Source: Candidatus Levyibacteriota bacterium (GTDB taxonomy: Bacteria; Patescibacteriota; Microgenomatia; Levybacterales; UBA12049). From it: DNA of 64,000 nucleotides. Positions 58,718 to 64,000 of the stretch are shown here, piece after piece; the stretch's first letter is position 1; the number at the start of each line of letters is the position of its first letter. Under the pieces are notes generated by a model. That model was not told the origin of the DNA. It was given only the letters and a program-made list of their open reading frames with translations, and searched no databases. The position numbers and the translations under genes were made by a program. The stretch is taken from assembly GCA_049519175.1 (NCBI GenBank), contig JBEKQZ010000001.1, positions 463,679 through 527,678 on the forward strand, given 5' to 3'.

Positions 58718-59227
58718 TTAATTAAGTTTATCTTTCCATTCTTGTAAGATTACAGATGGAATAAGAACGTCCGGGTTAATAGGTTTTCCAGTTTTTTCTT
58801 CAACCATTACGACTAGCTCGTCCACCGCAGATTTTATGTTTCTTGCTTGTGGATATTTTTTTGGGTCACTAATATAACGCTCATTTTGTTCAGTGACGAT
58901 TTTCAAAGCTTTGTGTAGCAGTCGGACTTCCTCTTGCCAACTCATTCTCATCGTTAATCTTCTCGCAAACTTAGCCAATCTTGAACCCTTAATTATTTTT
59001 GTTAATTTGTTGCTTAGCACATAACCCGTAATAAATCCTTCAATCACTTCCGCTTGATCCATTTGAAATTGGTCAGAAATTGTTGGATTTAAAAGTCCAA
59101 ACCTAGCAATAAGTTTGTTCCCAGCGATAATTGAGCTAGCATCTAACTTGGCATCTCTAACTTCTTGCAAAATAGGTGAAACCTCATCAAGATAAGAACC
59201 GCCTACTTCTGGACTTGAAACAGTCAT
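58718..59227 (-). CDS. Hypothetical helical protein
   Basis: TTGACA..TATAAT promoter 7 nt upstream of the ATG. Confidence 0.65.
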   Translation of the reverse strand: MTVSSPEVGGSYLDEVSPILQEVRDAKLDASSIIAGNKLIARFGLLNPTISDQFQMDQAEVIEGFITGYVLSNKLTKIIKGSRLAKFARRLTMRMSWQEEVRLLHKALKIVTEQNERYISDPKKYPQARNIKSAVDELVVMVEEKTGKPINPDVLIPSVILQEWKDKLN

Positions 59228-59475
59228 AACAAAGATTATATTCCCCGAGGCTGGAGGATGTCAATAGTAGGAAATTTTTACGAAATTTAGCCTCGATTAG
59301 CCATAAAAAATATTTCTTTATAAACCCCATAGTAGGGGAGGGGCTAGAAAATCCAAACCGGGGAAAAATGTGAAGATATTTCAGACAGAGAATAAGACGC
59401 CAACAAAACTTATTAAATATAGTGACGAAAAATATCGGCCGGGAAACCACTTCTCCTGGAAACCGTGCCTGAGTG

Positions 59476-59503
59476 ATGTCGTAAAAGTATTATTGTGCGA
59501 CAT
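59476..59503. other. dif-like site (11-6-11): ATGTCGTAAAA-GTATTA-TTGTGCGACAT
   Basis: Imperfect inverted 11-bp arms around a 6-bp spacer, in a large non-coding region about 2 kb from the Xer gene; the right arm matches the half-sites at the xer promoter. Confidence 0.6.
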
Positions 59504-59977
59504 AATCACTCACGCTCTCCTAGAGCTAACAACGCAAATAATTTTTGTCTTGGTTAACCGCCGGAGAAATAAAAGGGTTTGTAACAACAACGATTAAGAA
59601 GTTACTACTCCCTGTAGACTCCTACAACAAATTATTTTTAGAAATCAAGCTACTTATCCAACTCTCATCCGGGAGAAGCACTCGCTAAGAGACATTCGTA
59701 TTTTTTTCGTGCCGCGGCGCCTTGTGACACAAGCTACCCTCTGTCGGGCAGAGCAAGCCTACCCAGCCCGTGAAAAGTGAGGTATCTATTCCGTGAAAAC
59801 TAAGAAGTTATCCACAATAGCCTGAGAAATACGTCCTATAATTCTAAAATGTTTTGTATATCAAACTGCATCAGGTCTTATAGTTTTAGGATTTCCCGAC
59901 CCCGTAAGTCCTCTCCACTTCCCTATTCTCCGGTCAGGTCTTAAAAAAAATCCGAGGTCATAACCCAACATCCGAGG

Positions 59978-60577
59978 CTATTCTGCCGCTTTTGGAAAAT
60001 CCATCCAATGTTCGATCCAAAATCTTTCAAAATCTCTAGCCATAACCTCGGAAGGACACGTGCTCCAAACTGCAAATCTCTCCGCAAAACTATCTTTCTC
60101 TGAAGATAATTTTAAATCTCTCTCTAATGTTTTCTGCATTGCTTCCTTTTGCAATACATGGAAATTTTCATGCCCCAGATCTCCAATTAAAGTTAGACTT
60201 GGTTGTTGACTAGTATTCGTCTTCTCGGCAACCACCATTTTTACATGCTGTGGAAAAATTCTAATTAATCCGTTGGGAAATGCTGGAGCAGTTAATAAAA
60301 CATCCGAAGTAAGCAATTCCACCTCTTTTTCAGAAATTCCATCTAAGCTTTGTATAAAAACAACATCCGGACGATGAGAAGTTTTGAGAGAAGCCGCTAA
60401 GCGGCGCAATTGCCCAACTATATCTAAATTTATCGCGCGCTGAATCTCCACGGATACCATTAGTGAACCTCTCTCTTCCCAATAAATGCCTGGAAATTCT
60501 TTCGTTTGAAAAGCTAGTTCTGATAATGATGCTTGTCCTGACGCACCCAACATGGAATCAAATTCTAAACCTGTCAT
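59978..60577 (-). CDS. Hypothetical protein
   Basis: 199-aa ORF with TATAAT immediately upstream. Confidence 0.6.
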   Translation of the reverse strand: MTGLEFDSMLGASGQASLSELAFQTKEFPGIYWEERGSLMVSVEIQRAINLDIVGQLRRLAASLKTSHRPDVVFIQSLDGISEKEVELLTSDVLLTAPAFPNGLIRIFPQHVKMVVAEKTNTSQQPSLTLIGDLGHENFHVLQKEAMQKTLERDLKLSSEKDSFAERFAVWSTCPSEVMARDFERFWIEHWMDFPKAAE

Positions 60578-60622
60578 AGATTATATTATATAGTTATAGG
60601 CTTTATAAGGCAATGCCCTGCC

Positions 60623-61456
60623 CTAGCCGAAGTTGGTAAACAAAATGAGGAAAATAAATGACACTACTGTGACCCAAAAATATTCCAGAATTATTCCCCT
60701 AAACAGTCTTTTTTCAAACCAGGCTTGTGTGAGCCCGATTAGAACATAGAAGATGGCGGTTAAAAAAAGCGCCAACACCGTTGGTGAACCTTGCCTAAAC
60801 CACAAAAACACCGCCACTTCAACCAGACAAAACGTTAATGACAGCACCCAGAAGATTTCCGACAGCGGATTTTTCTCCAAGGTGTAAGTCCAAATCGATT
60901 GCAAAACGATTAAGAATGAATAAACAAAAATTAATAGCAGTGTTAATAAAACATTAATGTGAAACGAGAAAACCACATTGGAAAGGAAGAAAAAAGATAG
61001 CAAGGTTAAAACCAGAGAGACAGTTCTGGCTCCGGACAAAAGCGCAATAGTTCTAATTGAGGAAACGGTAAAAATATTTTCGCTTAAAAATAATGAATAC
61101 AGGCCAAGCGCATAAAGACTGGTTATGCCAACACGGGTAACCATTCTGGCCGGCACCAAAAGATAGAAAAGGCCCACCGCTAAGCTATAAAAAAATGGCA
61201 AAATAAAAACCTGTGGACTAAAATTATCTTTTAAATCCTCACGAAGCGTTAAAAATAAAAAAACAACCGTTAAAAGCGACAGAACAAAAACGATGGAGAT
61301 GGCGGATTTACCCAAGATATATTCCGCGATGAAAAGTCCGAGCGATAAAATGATGACCGCGAAAATAAAACGTTGTCTTTTGCTAAACAGAACCCGCCTT
61401 AAAAAATTTCTGATCTTTTTTCGTTGACTCTTCCCTAGTCCTTGGATACTTTGCAT
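60623..61456 (-). CDS. Multi-pass membrane protein (DUF5656-like)
   Basis: About 8 TM helices; LSENIF.VSSIRTI.LL..A motif. Confidence 0.7.
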   Translation of the reverse strand: MQSIQGLGKSQRKKIRNFLRRVLFSKRQRFIFAVIILSLGLFIAEYILGKSAISIVFVLSLLTVVFLFLTLREDLKDNFSPQVFILPFFYSLAVGLFYLLVPARMVTRVGITSLYALGLYSLFLSENIFTVSSIRTIALLSGARTVSLVLTLLSFFFLSNVVFSFHINVLLTLLLIFVYSFLIVLQSIWTYTLEKNPLSEIFWVLSLTFCLVEVAVFLWFRQGSPTVLALFLTAIFYVLIGLTQAWFEKRLFRGIILEYFWVTVVSFIFLILFTNFG

Positions 61457-61459
61457 AAA

Positions 61460-62182
61460 TTATTGCAGATTAGTGTAAACTTTTTGCACATCATCCAGCT
61501 CCTCAAGCGAATTAACAAAATGCTCAATCCGCGCCAGCTTTTCCTGCTCCCCTACCTCAACCGTCATAATCGGCTCCCGGATGAGCTCTGCTTCGCTGAC
61601 TGCGACATTAGCCGCTACCAGTGCATCCTTAATTTTAGCCAAGTCCTGCAAAGGCGTGTAGATGAAAACCTCATCACCGACTTCTTCGATGTCTTCGGCA
61701 CCAAGGTCTGCAGCAATTGCAAAAATAGCGTCAAACGATTGGCCGTTTTTGCTAGCAATAATCCGGCCGACGTGTTTAAATTGATAGGAAACGGAACCGG
61801 GCTGACCAAAAGAAGCTCCGGCTTTATTGAAAATGCTTTTTACCTCCGAGGTGGTACGCATTGGATTGTCGGTGGCTGCTTCGACAATAACCGAAACTCC
61901 GCCGGGCGCAAAACCTTCATAAGTAACTTCCGCAATCTCCCCCGCGTCTTTGCCCGCCGCCCGCTTAATCGCCCTTTCAATATTTTCCTTGGGCATATTG
62001 AAAGTCCTCGCGGTATCAATCGCCAGTCTTAAACGGAAATTGGAGCCGGGGTCGCCGATTCCCCCACCCTGTTTAACCGCAATGGTTATGGCGTTAGCCA
62101 GTTTGGTAAAAGTTTTGCCGCGTTTTTGGTCGTTAACTCCTTTTTGGCGCTTAATTTGTGCCCATTTTGAATGTCCGCTCAT
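61460..62182 (-). CDS. yebC: YebC/PmpR family protein
   Basis: MSGHSKW..IK..K, NMPKENIERAI, YEGFAPGG, TDN..RT, LEELDDVQKVYTN motifs. Confidence 0.96.
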   Translation of the reverse strand: MSGHSKWAQIKRQKGVNDQKRGKTFTKLANAITIAVKQGGGIGDPGSNFRLRLAIDTARTFNMPKENIERAIKRAAGKDAGEIAEVTYEGFAPGGVSVIVEAATDNPMRTTSEVKSIFNKAGASFGQPGSVSYQFKHVGRIIASKNGQSFDAIFAIAADLGAEDIEEVGDEVFIYTPLQDLAKIKDALVAANVAVSEAELIREPIMTVEVGEQEKLARIEHFVNSLEELDDVQKVYTNLQ

Positions 62183-62274
62183 GTCTATAACGCCCTATTA
62201 TACCGTTTCCGTATTGACTTTTGCAATAAAGTCAGGTAAAATTTTCCAATCATTTTTAATCCATTTTTTATCCA

Positions 62275-62985
62275 ATGACTTTAACAAATCAGGCTATTCA
62301 AACAGCACTCCAGGGAAATTGGCAAGAGGCAATCGCCATGAACAAGTCTCTGATTACCCAAAATCCGGAAGACATTGACGCCTTAAACAGGCTTGGCTTG
62401 GCTTATACAATCCTTGGGAAGCTCAAAGAAGCCAAATCAACTTACCAAAAAGTGATTCGCATCGACCCCTTAAATCCGATTGCCCTTAGAAATTTGAAAA
62501 AGATTAAGGAGAAAAAATTTAGCTCAACAGCTAAACTTTCCAATTCTAGCATTAATAATAAATTTTTGGAAGAACCCGGCAAAACCAAAGTGGTCGAGCT
62601 AGTAAACATTGCCCAACCAAAAATTGTTGAGTCACTGCGCACCGGCCAGTCTCTAGAGCTATCGATTAAAAGACTCAAGATTTTTGCGCTGGAAGGCGCG
62701 CAGTATATTGGCGTGTTACCCGACGATATCGCCAGAAGATTGATTAAATTTATGAAAAACGGTTGTAAATACGAAGCCTATGTTAAATCCGCAACGCAAC
62801 ATAAAGTAACGGTTTTTATTAAAGAAGTTAAGAAATCAACACGGTATAAAGACCAGCCTTCTTTTACATCCATTACCGACTCGCCACTGGTATTGGAAAA
62901 AAGCGAAAAAATAAAAAACCACGTTGAAGACCACGAAGAAAAAGAAGAGGAAGAAGACTACGTTGAAGAAGAAGTCCGCGAGTGA
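62275..62985 (+). CDS. TPR protein with HIRAN-like C-terminal domain and acidic tail
   Basis: A..GNWQEAI..N...P...DALNRLG.AY TPRs; YIGVLPDD.A.RL..FM..G..Y HIRAN-like segment. Confidence 0.75.
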   Translation: MTLTNQAIQTALQGNWQEAIAMNKSLITQNPEDIDALNRLGLAYTILGKLKEAKSTYQKVIRIDPLNPIALRNLKKIKEKKFSSTAKLSNSSINNKFLEEPGKTKVVELVNIAQPKIVESLRTGQSLELSIKRLKIFALEGAQYIGVLPDDIARRLIKFMKNGCKYEAYVKSATQHKVTVFIKEVKKSTRYKDQPSFTSITDSPLVLEKSEKIKNHVEDHEEKEEEEDYVEEEVRE

Positions 62986-63116
62986 TAAATTATTCTACTC
63001 TTATCTAAACTTTTTTTGACAAAGCCAATTTTGGGTTCTTCGTTAAGCGTTTGCAAAGACTTAAGCGCCAACAAGAAGGAAACGATAAAAAGAACCAGTA
63101 CAATTAACCAAAACAT
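62958..63116 (-). CDS. 52-aa single-TM small protein
   Basis: Manually translated MFWLIVLVLFIVSFLLALKSLQ...; starts 2 nt after the upstream stop. Confidence 0.5.
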   Translation of the reverse strand: MFWLIVLVLFIVSFLLALKSLQTLNEEPKIGFVKKSLDKSRIIYHSRTSSST

Positions 63117-63118
63117 AT

Positions 63119-63916
63119 TTAAAAATTTAGTTTATTAATTTTATCCTTACCAATGATAATTATAACATCCGCAATCCCCTTGTCATCCGACTCTTCTGTC
63201 GGAAATCCCAAATAAGCACTTAATTTTTTAACCGTATACGACTGCGTCTGGTAATAAATTATTTTCGAAGTTTCTTGCGGACTGTCAGCCGTTGTCACCA
63301 AAATTGGACTTCCCCCAATATTGGTAATCAAACTTGCCAGTCTTGAGCCAATGCCGGTTACATCCGAAGCATTGATTATTTGAATTCCCAAGTTTTCTTG
63401 ATAGATAGTCGGATCGGTAAAAGAAAGCGTTAGTACAGTTGACTTTTGAGTATCGTTTAAATCGCTTGAAAAATCCCGGTCATAAACCGAGCCGGCTTGA
63501 ACACTTTTGGCAAAAACCGAAAGCCTAAAAGCGTCAATAAAAGTTAAGCCGTCAAGCGAAGACGAGAATGGAGACGCGGATTTTAAAAGCAATGGTGCAA
63601 TATCTTTGTCTTGAATATTATGCCTAGCTTTGACAATTCCGTCGACGGGAATTTCCAGAGTTTTTGCCAGCGTATTCTTATCTAGACTAGCGTTAATGTT
63701 TACTGTAGATATTGTTTTATTCTGGGGATTAAAAGCAACCAGTTTGGTTTGAGTCGGGCCGACAAATCCGACAATAAAATTGTGCGAACCGTCAAATTTA
63801 CTGTCTCTAAAAACAAAGACAACTTTTAATAGCAACGATAAAACTATTAAACCTAAAACCAGCAAAACAAACAAACCCGCCAGCCCCAGATTGGTTTCGT
63901 TTTTATTTCTTGACAT
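63119..63916 (-). CDS. Membrane protein with LytR C-terminal domain
   Basis: N-terminal TM; IQIINAS...G.G.RLA...DVIIIIGKD LytR_C motif. Confidence 0.75.
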   Translation of the reverse strand: MSRNKNETNLGLAGLFVLLVLGLIVLSLLLKVVFVFRDSKFDGSHNFIVGFVGPTQTKLVAFNPQNKTISTVNINASLDKNTLAKTLEIPVDGIVKARHNIQDKDIAPLLLKSASPFSSSLDGLTFIDAFRLSVFAKSVQAGSVYDRDFSSDLNDTQKSTVLTLSFTDPTIYQENLGIQIINASDVTGIGSRLASLITNIGGSPILVTTADSPQETSKIIYYQTQSYTVKKLSAYLGFPTEESDDKGIADVIIIIGKDKINKLNF

Positions 63917-63928
63917 AAATATATCCTT

Positions 63929-64000
63929 TTAAGCGGGTTTTTTCTTCGAAATTAATTCAGGCATGGTAAAAACAGGAGTGCCACCGACATCCCTGGTCTG
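63929..64000 (-). CDS. Probable C-terminal end of a CDS entering from outside the window
   Basis: Open frame ...DVGGTPVFTMPELISKKKPA* ending 12 nt before the next start. Confidence 0.35.
   Translation of the reverse strand, partial: QTRDVGGTPVFTMPELISKKKPA

Noticed and set aside
59230-59977. oriC, tmRNA or RNase P RNA in the long non-coding region
   Set aside because: Only one perfect DnaA box and no dnaA/dnaN nearby; no GAGGAAAGTCC RNase P signature or tRNA-like tmRNA ends seen on either strand; gene orientation and G-to-C shift fit a terminus better.
61442-62378. Long antisense ORFs 61442..62032 and 61950..62378, and similar shadow ORFs over pheS, pilB, gyrA and hppA
   Set aside because: They lie opposite well-conserved genes and show no recognisable motifs; treated as shadow frames.

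Overview
Bacterial chromosomal window whose gene content points to a Patescibacteria/CPR (Microgenomates-like) genome. This is an inference from domain-reduced trigger factor, ThrRS and PheT, no rimM between khpA and trmD, a type IV pilus cluster with no secretin gene, and many promoters placed 6-9 nt from start codons. Layout: (i) 1-7662, an AT-rich island ending in a duplicated tRNA-Gly 3' fragment, carrying a serine recombinase, XRE regulator, CHAT/caspase-like protease, a DUF6941-led operon and a HEPN/Abi-like gene; (ii) 7.7-26.3 kb, housekeeping genes (two cell-wall hydrolase paralogs, tRNA-Leu, tig, tRNA-Val, thrS-infC-rpmI-rplT, greA, pheST, class A PBP, tyrS, recG, rpmF, nusB, rnc, rpsP, khpA, trmD), with an attenuator-like leader at 10.6 kb; (iii) 26.3-38.4 kb, type IV pilus cluster; (iv) 39-45 kb, about 13 short, mostly orphan genes with their own promoters; from 40.6 kb on, almost every gene boundary holds one co-oriented ~20-bp site (consensus CCGGGGAAAATTTGGGGCGG) whose left and right flanks reassort between copies. 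This candidate integron-like cassette array without attC sites or an adjacent integrase is the best candidate for an undescribed system; (v) gyrB and gyrA separated by five genes including a K+-independent H+-PPase, then folD and others; (vi) a Xer-family recombinase whose promoter carries half-sites matching an 11-6-11 dif-like site in a ~750-bp non-coding region at 59.2-60 kb, a probable terminus. All family calls come from motif recognition by eye; no database search was run.
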